DNA of 56,771 nt from an uncultured Lachnospiraceae bacterium (GTDB taxonomy: Bacteria; Bacillota; Clostridia; Oscillospirales; CAG-272): NCBI GenBank assembly GCA_964466625.1, contig CAYXQF010000002.1, forward strand, positions 1-56,771, read 5' to 3'. The notes below the pieces were generated by a model. It searched no databases. It worked only from the letters and a program-made list of their open reading frames with translations, and was not told the origin of the DNA. Positions within the stretch are counted from its first letter, which is position 1, and every line of letters starts with the position of its first letter. Below, piece after piece: positions 1-9,101 of the stretch. Both the position numbers and the translations under genes were made by a program.

Positions 1-1
1 A

Positions 2-607
2 ACCATCAGTTGTGCAAGTTGGTGCAGTAACTACACCGTGTTCGCCGCGATGTTTAACATGGTCGGCTCCGCGTTCGGCGGCGAAAACGAGATCATCATC
101 ACCGCGGGTATCATTAACAACGTGATCGAATTTTTCGGCGGCGAAGCCATCAACTGGATCAACGCCGGCTCCTCCTATGCGGCAAACATCGCCGTTATGG
201 TCATTTACATCGTATGGAACGCGCTGCCCTTCAAGATCCTCATTCTTTTAGGCGGTCTTCAGAGCATCAATAAACAATATTACGACGCGGCAAAGGTAGA
301 CGGCACACCGCGCAGACGTGTGTTCACCAAGATCACCGTTCCGCTCCTCTCCCCCATGCTTGCGTACGTTGTCATCACGGGCTTTATCGGCGGCTTTAAG
401 GAATATTCCAGCATCGTCGGTATTTTCGGTGAGGATATGGGCCCCACAGGCAATCCGAAAAGACTCAACACCATGGTCGGATTTATTTATGACGCGCTGA
501 ACAACCATCAGGGACGCGCAAGTGCGGCAGCACTGATCCTCTTTGGTATCATATTCGTCGTCACGCTGATCAATCTTTACGTCAGCAAGAAAAAGACGCA
601 TTATTAA
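2..607 (+). CDS. Carbohydrate-type (CUT1) ABC transporter permease, MalF/UgpA-like; the 5' end lies upstream of the window
   Basis: The frame is open from nt 2. It has hydrophobic TM segments and an EAA-loop region 'NKQYYDAAKVDGTPRRRVFTKITVPLLSP'. A second permease follows 12 nt downstream. Confidence 0.85.
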   Translation, partial: TISCASWCSNYTVFAAMFNMVGSAFGGENEIIITAGIINNVIEFFGGEAINWINAGSSYAANIAVMVIYIVWNALPFKILILLGGLQSINKQYYDAAKVDGTPRRRVFTKITVPLLSPMLAYVVITGFIGGFKEYSSIVGIFGEDMGPTGNPKRLNTMVGFIYDALNNHQGRASAAALILFGIIFVVTLINLYVSKKKTHY

Positions 608-619
608 GGAGGTGCTGCA

Positions 620-1513
620 ATGTCTGAAAAAACAATCAAAACCATGAATGAAAAAGATATGCAAAAGGTTTCCTCCCGTCAGAAAGTCGTGAAGATCGCG
701 GTGCAGGTAATGCTTTATACGTTTCTTTTCATCATGGCGCTCATCGTCATCTTCCCGTTTTACTGGATGCTGATCTCCTCTGTGAAGTCCCTTTCGGAAT
801 ATAAGCTTTCCGTACCCACCCTCTTCCCGAAAGAGATCCTTTTCTCCAACTACGTGGAAGCCTTCACACAAGCCAACCTCGGCAGACTTTTCCTCAATAC
901 GCTTTACGTTGGTCTTGTTTCCACGCTTCTCTCCCTTGTGATCACCGTGCTTTCCGCGTTCGCGTTCGCGCGACTGGAATTCAAGGGCAAAAACGCGCTC
1001 TTTGCCGCTTTGCTTGCGACCATGATGATCCCCGGTGAGCTTTTCACCATCACAAACTATGCGACGGTCAATACCTTCGGTTGGATGGATTCCTTTACCG
1101 TCCTTATCGTTCCGTTCCTCGTCAGCGTATTTTACATCTATCTCCTAAGGCAAAACTTCATGCAGATCCCAAACGAGCTTTACCTCGCGGCAAAGGTCGA
1201 TGGGACAAGCGATCTGAAATATCTCTGGAAGGTCATGATCCCGCTCTCGCTCCCGACGCTGATCTCGATCACGATCCTCAAAATGATGGGTGCATGGAAC
1301 TCCTACGTCTGGCCGCGTCTTGTTGCCAACAAGGAAGAATACCGCCTCATCACGAACGGTCTGAGAAATGCCTTCACCGAATCTACGGGCGACGTCAATA
1401 TCCCCGTGCAGATGGCGGCAGTCGCGATCGTTTCGCTCCCGCTGTTCCTCGTGTTTATTTTCCTGAGAAAATATATCATGAAGGGTGTTTCCCGCAGCGG
1501 TATCAAAGGTTAA
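620..1513 (+). CDS. Carbohydrate-type ABC transporter permease, MalG/UgpE-like
   Basis: An AAGGAGG RBS lies upstream. It is a multi-TM protein with the EAA motif 'ELYLAAKVDGTSDLKYLWKVMIPLSLP'. Confidence 0.9.
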   Translation: MSEKTIKTMNEKDMQKVSSRQKVVKIAVQVMLYTFLFIMALIVIFPFYWMLISSVKSLSEYKLSVPTLFPKEILFSNYVEAFTQANLGRLFLNTLYVGLVSTLLSLVITVLSAFAFARLEFKGKNALFAALLATMMIPGELFTITNYATVNTFGWMDSFTVLIVPFLVSVFYIYLLRQNFMQIPNELYLAAKVDGTSDLKYLWKVMIPLSLPTLISITILKMMGAWNSYVWPRLVANKEEYRLITNGLRNAFTESTGDVNIPVQMAAVAIVSLPLFLVFIFLRKYIMKGVSRSGIKG

Positions 1514-1567
1514 TACGCCGCGCGTGCGGTTAACAATATTTTTTATTCAAGAAAGGATATTTCACCT

Positions 1568-2986
1568 ATGAAAAGAGTGCTTGTCGCAATCCTCATGCTT
1601 CTTGCGTTCTGTATCAACTGCTTCGCGTTCGCGGGCTGTGGAAACACAAGTGTTGCCACGGATCTCGTGATCCCCGAAAACGGTTACGACGGAAGCGAAG
1701 TGACGATCAAATTCTATCACACCATGGGCTCCAACCTTCGTGATGTTCTTGAACGTTACATTGTAGAATTCAACAAACTCTACCCCAACATTCACATCGA
1801 ACACGAACAGGTCGGCGGCTATGATGATGTGCGTGATCAGATCAAAACGGAGATTACCGTTGGCAATCAGCCTAACATCGCATACTGCTATCCTGACCAT
1901 GTTGCGCTTTACAATCTGGCAAAAGCAGTAACGACACTGGATTCGCTCATCGAAAGCGATATCGAAATCACCCGTGCTGACGGCACCACCGAGATTCTTG
2001 GTCTTACTGATGAACAGGTTTCTGATTTCATCGCAGGCTACTATGCAGAAGGTCAGCAATTCGGTGACGGCAAGATGTATACCCTTCCCCTTTCCAAATC
2101 CACGGAAGTTCTCTATTACAACAAAACATTCTTTGATGCAAACGGCTTGACACCTCCCAAAACATGGGACGAAATGGAAGAACTTTGCGAAAAGATCAAA
2201 GAAATCGATCCCACCTGCATTCCGCTCGGTTATGACAGTGAATCCAACTGGTTCATCACTATGTGCGAACAGTATGGTTCCGACTACACCAGCGCAACAG
2301 GCGATCACTTCCTCTTTGACAACGAAACCAACAGAAACTTCGTGACTCGTTTCCGCGAATGGTATCAGAAAGGTTATGTAACCACACAGGAGCTTTCCGG
2401 CGCTTATACCTCTGAACTTTTCAAAAAACAGGACGGCATCAATAGCTATATGTCCATCGGTTCTTCCGCAGGTGCGACACATCAAAGACCTGATAAAGTG
2501 AACGAAGAATATCCTTTCGAAGTGGCGATCACCACCATTCCGCAGGTAAATCCCGAAGAACCCAAGGTTATTTCCCAAGGACCTTCTCTGTGCATCTTCA
2601 AAAAAGACAACGTGCAAGAAGTTCTCGCGTCTTGGCTTTTCGTGAAATATCTTACCACCACCGTTGAATTTCAGGCAGAATTCTCCATGGCTTCCGGTTA
2701 CGTTCCCGTGATCAAGTCCGTTGGCGAAAACGAGATCTACAAAACCGAATTCCTTGACAAAGCAGACGGTGGCGATTTTATTTCCGCGCTTTCCGCAAAA
2801 GTATGTCTTGCACAGGAAGCTGCTTATTACACCTCCCCTGCGTTCAACGGTTCTTCCGATGCGCGCGATCAGGTTGGTCTTCTCATGCAGAAATGCTTCT
2901 CTTCTGAAGACGGCGGCAACGTCACCAAAATGATTGAGGAAGCATTCGAAGATGCTGTTTCCGAATGTATCTATCAAGCAGGATAA
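1568..2986 (+). CDS. ABC transporter extracellular solute-binding lipoprotein (family 1 SBP)
   Basis: Signal peptide with lipobox 'FAFAGC'. Its size (472 aa), composition and position after the two permeases fit a sugar-type SBP. Confidence 0.8.
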   Translation: MKRVLVAILMLLAFCINCFAFAGCGNTSVATDLVIPENGYDGSEVTIKFYHTMGSNLRDVLERYIVEFNKLYPNIHIEHEQVGGYDDVRDQIKTEITVGNQPNIAYCYPDHVALYNLAKAVTTLDSLIESDIEITRADGTTEILGLTDEQVSDFIAGYYAEGQQFGDGKMYTLPLSKSTEVLYYNKTFFDANGLTPPKTWDEMEELCEKIKEIDPTCIPLGYDSESNWFITMCEQYGSDYTSATGDHFLFDNETNRNFVTRFREWYQKGYVTTQELSGAYTSELFKKQDGINSYMSIGSSAGATHQRPDKVNEEYPFEVAITTIPQVNPEEPKVISQGPSLCIFKKDNVQEVLASWLFVKYLTTTVEFQAEFSMASGYVPVIKSVGENEIYKTEFLDKADGGDFISALSAKVCLAQEAAYYTSPAFNGSSDARDQVGLLMQKCFSSEDGGNVTKMIEEAFEDAVSECIYQAG

Positions 2987-2992
2987 TCAAAA

Positions 2993-4318
2993 ATGAAACT
3001 GCTTCGTATCTTATCCCTTGTTTTAACACTCTCGCTTGCGCTCGGCATGCTCATCTCTTGCGGCACACCCGATACGTCCGATGAATCCAAGGTTTTGGAC
3101 TATGCCGCTGAGATCAAGTTCGACATGACTTCCGAAACGCGCAAGACAGAAGTCACCGTGAAGTCCTTCATTGACGGTGACACCACACACTTTTTCGTTC
3201 CCGATTCCGCAGGAATCGAGGGCGGCGTGCTGAAAGCAAGATACCTTGCCATCAACACACCCGAATCTACCGGTAAGATCGAAGAATGGGGCAAGGCGGC
3301 GGCAAACTTCACCAAAGAGAAGCTTTCTTCCGCCATCTCTATCATTCTGGAATCTGACGATGATAAATGGAACGCGGATTCCACGGGCGGCAGATATCTC
3401 GTTTGGGTTTGGTATAAGACTGCGGATTCCGCAGAATACCGCAACCTGAACCTTGAGATCCTGCAAAACGGCCTTGCCATCGCCTCCAATTCCGCCAACA
3501 ACCGCTACGGTGACGTTTGCATGGCGGCAATTAACCAAGCCAAAACACAAAAGCTCCACATTTATTCGGGAACGAAAGACCCGAACTTCCCCTACGGTGA
3601 AGCCGCGGAGCTGACACTGAAAGAACTGCGTTGCAACGTCACGGAATATGACGGCGCGAAAGTTGCATTTGAAGGTGTTATCACCAAAAACAGCAGTAAC
3701 ACCGTTTACGTTGAGGAATATGATCCCGAAACCGATCTGTATTACGGTATGACCGTTTATTACGGCTATGCGCTCAACGGCACGGGACTTCAGATCCTTT
3801 CCGTCGGCAACCGTGTGCGCATCGTCGGTACCGTTCAGTATTACGAAACGGGCGATTCCTATCAGGTTTCGGGGCTTGAATATTCCCCCATGCGCCCCAC
3901 GGATCCCAATAATATTCAAAAAATCAGCGAAGGTCACGCCCCCGTGTATAAGCTCACCGAGGCAGAAACCTTCATGGGTGGCAAAGTCACAGTCCCCGTC
4001 GGCGACGAAACGCGGGAATATGACTATGCTGAGCTTGCGCTCTACACTTCCGTGGAAATGAAAAATCTCCGCGTGAAAAGCGTTTACACCACCCAAAACG
4101 AGGAAAGCTCCTCCAATGGTGCGATGACACTCACTTGTGACGTGAACGGCACGGAAATTTCCGTTCGCACGATCGTCCTTCGTGATGCGGAAGGCAAGGT
4201 CATCACCGCGGAGCTTTTCGAAAACAAAACGATCGACGTCAAAGGTCTTGTTGACCGCTTCGACGGCGATTACCAGATCAAAGTTTTCTCTATCAACGAT
4301 ATTACAATTCATGATTAA
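2993..4318 (+). CDS. Surface lipoprotein with an N-terminal staphylococcal-nuclease (thermonuclease/SNase) domain followed by OB-fold-like domains
   Basis: Lipobox 'MLISC'. SNase motifs are 'FIDGDTTHF', 'ARYLAINTPES', 'GGRYLVWVW' and 'LEILQNGLA'. It starts 6 nt after the SBP stop. Confidence 0.75.
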   Translation: MKLLRILSLVLTLSLALGMLISCGTPDTSDESKVLDYAAEIKFDMTSETRKTEVTVKSFIDGDTTHFFVPDSAGIEGGVLKARYLAINTPESTGKIEEWGKAAANFTKEKLSSAISIILESDDDKWNADSTGGRYLVWVWYKTADSAEYRNLNLEILQNGLAIASNSANNRYGDVCMAAINQAKTQKLHIYSGTKDPNFPYGEAAELTLKELRCNVTEYDGAKVAFEGVITKNSSNTVYVEEYDPETDLYYGMTVYYGYALNGTGLQILSVGNRVRIVGTVQYYETGDSYQVSGLEYSPMRPTDPNNIQKISEGHAPVYKLTEAETFMGGKVTVPVGDETREYDYAELALYTSVEMKNLRVKSVYTTQNEESSSNGAMTLTCDVNGTEISVRTIVLRDAEGKVITAELFENKTIDVKGLVDRFDGDYQIKVFSINDITIHD

Positions 4319-4336
4319 ACATCAAAAGGAGATATT

Positions 4337-6247
4337 ATGAAAAAGCTGATCTCGATCATCATGGTATTGGCACTCTGCCTTACAGCCTTTGCCGCTTGCG
4401 GCACAAATGAAAGCCTCGTTGCAGCAGGCGATTATCTTTTCAACCTTTATAAAAACGATGCCACCGTTACCCCTTCCGACTTTGAAGTTGCAGGCCGCGT
4501 TATGGTAGACGGCGTGCTCTACACCGTTGAATGGACTGTCGATTCCGAAGAAGTTACCATCACGGAAAGCGAAAAAGACGGTTTCTATCTCGTTGACATC
4601 AACGAAAAGACCGAAACCGAAGTTGCTTACACCCTCACCGCTACCATCAAAAATGAAGCAGGCAAATCCGTAGCAAAGACCTTCGCTCGCACCATTCCTG
4701 CATACAAAGTATTCTCTTATGCGGAATATGCGGCAGCAGCAGACGATTCCACCGTTGTGGTAAAAGGTATCGTTGCCGGTATCTTCTCTAAATCCAATGG
4801 CTCCAGCGGCAACGGCATTTACATTCAGGACGAAAAGAACGAAGGCGGTTACTACGTTTACGGCCTCGTTGACGCTAAAGATCCCGAAGCAGACCTCGGT
4901 ATCAAGGTTGGTATGACCGTTGAAGCAGCAGGCGCGAAAGACACTTATAACGGCATGTACGAAGTTGTAAACGCTGCCATCACGATCCTCGATTCCACAA
5001 TCAAGGAAGTTACTCCCGTAGATTACACCGAGATCTACAAGAATGCGGAAAAACTTTCCGATGCGGCACTCGTTGACAGACAGGCTATGCTCGTTACCAT
5101 CAAGGGCGCTGAGATCACCGGTCAGGAAACCGCCAGCGGTTACTACAAATTCTCCCTCGACGGTAAGGAAGCTTACGTTCGTATCTCTTCCTCCAACAAC
5201 TGCATCACCAAAGATGAACAGACCGCTTTCATCGCGGCTCACACCGAAAACTTCGGCTACACCGCTGATATCACCGGTATCGTTTCTCTTTACAGCGGCA
5301 ATTTCTATCTCATTCCTGCAGATGCAAATGCACTCGCAAACTTCAAGCTTCCCGAAAGAAGTGCTTCTGAAAAGCTTGAAATGGAAGTTGGCACTGTTGA
5401 GATCGCAGGCGTGATCTCCGAAAACACAACAATTGCTCTTCCCCAGACAGGCGCAACCTACAGCGATGTTACTTACGCTTGGACTTCTGACAGTGAATAC
5501 GCAGTCGTTGACGGCGCGAACCTCGTTGTAACCGTTCCCGAAGCTCCTGCAACCGCAACACTCACCCTCACCGCTATCTGCGGCACGGAAACCGTTACCA
5601 AAACCTTCGCCGTCAGCCTTACCGCTCTCGCAACAGAAGCTGACGTTGTGAATGCTGCTTATGCACTCAACGCAGGCGAATCTATCCCCGGCACATACAC
5701 ACTCTCCGGCGTGATCACCGAAATCGACACTCCTTACAGCGAACAGTACGGCAACATCACCGTTATCATCGTTGTTGGCGATATGTCCGACAAACCCATC
5801 ATGTGCTACCGCCTCAAGGGTGAAGGCGCGGCTGATCTCGCAGTTGGCGACAACATCACCGTAACAGGCACGATCACCAACTATAAAGGCACCGTTGAAT
5901 TCAATAGCGGTTGCACTCTCGACGCGGCAAAATCCGCTACAGCGCTCGTTGACGAAGCATTTGCTCTGGCTGAAGGCGCTTCCATGGACGCAAAATGCAC
6001 CCTCACCGGTGTGATCACCACCATCGACACTCCTTATAGCGAACAGTATGGCAACATCACCGTTACCATTCAGATCGGTGATATGGCTGAAAAAGCGATC
6101 ATGTGCTACCGCCTCAAGGGCGAAGGCGCGGCTGACCTTGCAGTTGGTCAGACCATCACCGTTCACGGCGAGATCATGAACTATAAAGGCACTGTAGAAT
6201 TCGGCAGCGGTTGTGTGATCGTTCCCACAGTCACAGCAGCAGAATAA
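4337..6247 (+). CDS. Multi-domain lipoprotein with several OB-fold-like modules, one Ig-like module and a duplicated ~100-aa C-terminal module
   Basis: Lipobox 'AFAAC'. Segments of the type 'VVVKGIV...NGIYIQD...VGMTVEAAGAKDTYNGMYEV' and 2x '...ITVTGTITNYKGTVEF' resemble nuclease-associated OB folds. It lies 18 nt after the nuclease gene. Confidence 0.5.
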   Translation: MKKLISIIMVLALCLTAFAACGTNESLVAAGDYLFNLYKNDATVTPSDFEVAGRVMVDGVLYTVEWTVDSEEVTITESEKDGFYLVDINEKTETEVAYTLTATIKNEAGKSVAKTFARTIPAYKVFSYAEYAAAADDSTVVVKGIVAGIFSKSNGSSGNGIYIQDEKNEGGYYVYGLVDAKDPEADLGIKVGMTVEAAGAKDTYNGMYEVVNAAITILDSTIKEVTPVDYTEIYKNAEKLSDAALVDRQAMLVTIKGAEITGQETASGYYKFSLDGKEAYVRISSSNNCITKDEQTAFIAAHTENFGYTADITGIVSLYSGNFYLIPADANALANFKLPERSASEKLEMEVGTVEIAGVISENTTIALPQTGATYSDVTYAWTSDSEYAVVDGANLVVTVPEAPATATLTLTAICGTETVTKTFAVSLTALATEADVVNAAYALNAGESIPGTYTLSGVITEIDTPYSEQYGNITVIIVVGDMSDKPIMCYRLKGEGAADLAVGDNITVTGTITNYKGTVEFNSGCTLDAAKSATALVDEAFALAEGASMDAKCTLTGVITTIDTPYSEQYGNITVTIQIGDMAEKAIMCYRLKGEGAADLAVGQTITVHGEIMNYKGTVEFGSGCVIVPTVTAAE

Positions 6248-6267
6248 ACAGATCTTCCAAAGCAAAA

Positions 6268-6300
6268 GGACAGAGATTTTCAAAATCTCTGTCCTTTTTT
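6268..6300. terminator. Bidirectional intrinsic terminator between convergent genes
   Basis: Hairpin GGACAGAGATTTT/AAAATCTCTGTCC flanked by an A-run and a T-run. Confidence 0.75.
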
Positions 6301-7021
6301 AATTAAATTCATCTTTCAATTTTTCAAAAGCCGCAAACGCTGTTTTTTCCCATGCGATGGGAGTTATGGATATGTAACCGTTTCGGTATGCGTTGATGTC
6401 AATGTTCGGATCTTTATCCTTCGATTCCACAGGCTCACCGACTTGAATATACATATCGTTTCCTTTACAAACAAACGCATCGGAATAAAACATTCCGCCC
6501 TGGCGCGTAATGCGAAAGCCTTTACTTTCTTTCGGGATATTCACGTTATAATGACCGTTTTCCGCAAAAAGATCGTTTTCAAAAATAAAATCCATCACTT
6601 GGTCCATCTGTGCAATTGCCGCTTCATAATCGTGGGGTTCCGCAGAAAAAGCGATCCCTCGGATCCCAAGGCGCGCCCCCTCCTGGATCACGCCGACCGT
6701 CCCCGAATAGGCAATATCTTCTCCGAGATTAAGTCCCAGATTCACACCGGAAATGACAAGATCATAGTCCGCACCAAGTCCCGTCACACCAAAGCGCACG
6801 CAATCGGCAGGGGTGGAATCCATCGACCAGACCGTCACGTCGGGCGCGATATCCACCTTTTTGATCTCCGTTACACGGCGAAAATCAATGGCTTGGCTCA
6901 TGCCGCTCTGTTCAAATTTCGGCACCACCACGGTCACCTCGCCGTATTTTTTCGCCCATCGCACAAGATGCGGCAAAGCAGGCGAGGAAATTCCGTCATC
7001 GTTGGCAATCAATATTCTCAT
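6299..7021 (-). CDS. surE: 5'/3'-nucleotidase SurE
   Basis: N-terminus 'MRILIANDDGISSPAL'. An ATGA start/stop overlap with the upstream gene favours the Met at 7021 over the TTG at 7027. Confidence 0.9.
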   Translation of the reverse strand: MRILIANDDGISSPALPHLVRWAKKYGEVTVVVPKFEQSGMSQAIDFRRVTEIKKVDIAPDVTVWSMDSTPADCVRFGVTGLGADYDLVISGVNLGLNLGEDIAYSGTVGVIQEGARLGIRGIAFSAEPHDYEAAIAQMDQVMDFIFENDLFAENGHYNVNIPKESKGFRITRQGGMFYSDAFVCKGNDMYIQVGEPVESKDKDPNIDINAYRNGYISITPIAWEKTAFAAFEKLKDEFN

Positions 7022-8004
7022 AACCAACCCTCGCTTGCCTTTTTATATTCACCGAGAAGCGTATCTGCTTCCGCGATCAGCGCTTTCATTTCTTTCTTGC
7101 TGTAAACGGTGGCACCGCTTGCCGAAGCATGACCGCCGCCGTGATATTTTTCCGCAAGCGCATTGATCGTCACAAAGCGTGAGCGCAAACGCACACGAAT
7201 GGATTTATCCGCACCCTCAATGAAAGCGATCCAAATAAGACTATTTTTGATCGAATCCATATAAGAGACGGAAGCGCCTGCTTCTTCGCTCGAAAGATTA
7301 AATTTCTTCTGCATCGCGCGGTCAACGTAGAGATAAACCACACCGTTTTCCGTGATCTTCATGCGCTTATAAACGTACGCTTGGAATTTCAGCGCGTCAA
7401 AATCCTTGAGATAAAGGTGCGCATAGAGCATATCCGTATCCACGCCAACATCAAGAAGCATACCTGCCAGACGCATCGTATCACCCGAAACCGAGCGGAA
7501 GCGGAATCTGCCCGAATCCGTGACCATGCCCGTATAGATATATTTTGCTGCTTCTTCATTGATCGTAAGCTCTGTGCGGAAAGCATCATAAAATGCGGCA
7601 ACCATCTCACAAGTAGAAGAGCGTTCTTCTTCCACCCAGGAAAGATCGCCATAGGGGGAAACGTCGATGTGATGGTCGATCTTCACAAGCTCACGGCAAA
7701 GTGCATATTTGGGATTGGAAATGCGTTCGGTCGTCGCGGTATCCAAAACGATACCGAGCGCATCACTGTAATATTCATCGGGTTTTGCCTCGTCTTCCCC
7801 ACCGAGAAAACCAACGTAATCGGAATAGTCACAGTTCAAAAGAAGGATTTCCTTTTCAGGGAAAGAAAGGCGCAAGATCTCTCGCAAGCCTTTGGTGGAG
7901 CCAACGGCGTCACCGTCGGGACGCTTGTGGCGGAAAAGGATAATTTTTTGATATTCCCTGATCTTTTCTAAAATTTTAGCCATCGCTTCGATATTCATCG
8001 TCAT
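7018..8004 (-). CDS. DHH/DHHA1 phosphoesterase (NrnA-like oligoribonuclease/pAp phosphatase)
   Basis: Motifs 'HKRPDGDAVGS', 'DHHIDV' and 'GGGHASASGA'. ATGA overlap with the upstream paralogue. Confidence 0.85.
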   Translation of the reverse strand: MTMNIEAMAKILEKIREYQKIILFRHKRPDGDAVGSTKGLREILRLSFPEKEILLLNCDYSDYVGFLGGEDEAKPDEYYSDALGIVLDTATTERISNPKYALCRELVKIDHHIDVSPYGDLSWVEEERSSTCEMVAAFYDAFRTELTINEEAAKYIYTGMVTDSGRFRFRSVSGDTMRLAGMLLDVGVDTDMLYAHLYLKDFDALKFQAYVYKRMKITENGVVYLYVDRAMQKKFNLSSEEAGASVSYMDSIKNSLIWIAFIEGADKSIRVRLRSRFVTINALAEKYHGGGHASASGATVYSKKEMKALIAEADTLLGEYKKASEGWL

Positions 8005-8936
8005 TCCTCCATCAACTGTTCGAGATCTTTCAGCATCGCCATCGCTTCTTCACGGTTTTTGAGCGTAGCGCCGCTGGCTTTTTCATGGCCGCCGCCACCG
8101 TATTTTTTCGCGATGGGATTGATATTATAGCGAGAAGAACGGATCTCACAAAGCACACCTTCGTCGCTTTCCGTGAAGTTCACCCAGATATCCACACCGC
8201 GAATATCCGACATGACGCCCACCATGCCGCGAGAAATCGTAAAAAGGCTGGCGTCATAGCTTTTCGCTTCGTCATACGGGGTGTAAATATACGCCACGTT
8301 TTTTTCGGTAAACTGCACCTTGAGAACAAACTGCGCACGCAATTTCATATGCGAAAAATCATCGGCATAAAGACTGCGATAGATATCTGTCGTGGAAAAT
8401 TTCTTTTCCATCAAAAAAGCTGCGATGCGGAAAGTATTGGCATTGGTCGAATCATAACGGAAACGACCGGAATCGGTGATCATGCCCGTATAAAGAAGTT
8501 TTGCCGCTTTCGGTGAAACACACCAGCCGCAAGCCATCGCCAAAGCGGTGACAAGACCGCAACAGCTCTCATAAGAAGTATCGGTAAGCTCACATTCCGC
8601 GATCTTTTCACAGAAGATGTGGTGGTCGATGCGTATTGTTTTTTCGGCGAGCGTATAGCGATCATCGCTGATCAGCGCCTTTGCGGAAGTATCCAAAATC
8701 ACGGCAAGTGCGCCTTGATACATGCTGTCTTCAACGGTATTCATCACGCTGTCTTCCATAAAAGCATATCGCCCTGCTTCATCACCCACGGCAAGGATCG
8801 TTTTTTCGGGATAATTTTCCTGCAAAATGTTTTTTAGTCCCAGTTGGCTGCCCAAAGCATCGCCATCGGGATTTTTATGGCGGTGCAAAATCACGGTGTC
8901 ATATGCTTCGATATATTTTCGTATTTGTTCAAACAT
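8001..8936 (-). CDS. DHH/DHHA1 phosphoesterase (NrnA-like), paralogue
   Basis: Motifs 'HKNPDGDALGS', 'DHHIF' and 'GGGHEKASGA'. The start is moved to Met38 of the track ORF (MFEQIRKY), which has a GAAGAGG RBS. Confidence 0.85.
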   Translation of the reverse strand: MFEQIRKYIEAYDTVILHRHKNPDGDALGSQLGLKNILQENYPEKTILAVGDEAGRYAFMEDSVMNTVEDSMYQGALAVILDTSAKALISDDRYTLAEKTIRIDHHIFCEKIAECELTDTSYESCCGLVTALAMACGWCVSPKAAKLLYTGMITDSGRFRYDSTNANTFRIAAFLMEKKFSTTDIYRSLYADDFSHMKLRAQFVLKVQFTEKNVAYIYTPYDEAKSYDASLFTISRGMVGVMSDIRGVDIWVNFTESDEGVLCEIRSSRYNINPIAKKYGGGGHEKASGATLKNREEAMAMLKDLEQLMEE

Positions 8937-9037
8937 AAAAACCTCTTCACTTCGATTGTTGATTGAAATATAAATGCGTATATTCAGTATACCATATTCA
9001 CGCATATTTTGCAAAGGAAAATGGAAAGTTATAAAAG

Positions 9038-9070
9038 AAACTCTCACAGATTTTTATCCGTGAGAGTTTT
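9038..9070 (-). terminator. Intrinsic terminator-like hairpin downstream of the serine hydrolase gene
   Basis: Stem AAACTCTCAC/GTGAGAGTTT with U-rich flanks on both strands. Confidence 0.45.
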
Positions 9071-9101
9071 TCTTTTTCTAATAAAAATGAAAGCAACAAA
9101 T

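Noticed and set aside
8937-9047. Several track ORFs carry N-terminal extensions: 8001..9047, 10681..11229, 14558..15274, 20506..21429, 23168..24487, 27023..27916, 31642..33738, 33995..34588, 42511..44784, 47571..50123 and 51385..52452.
   Set aside because: The extensions overlap upstream genes or lack an RBS. Internal Met codons with good SD sites coincide with the conserved N-termini of the families, so I used the shorter models.
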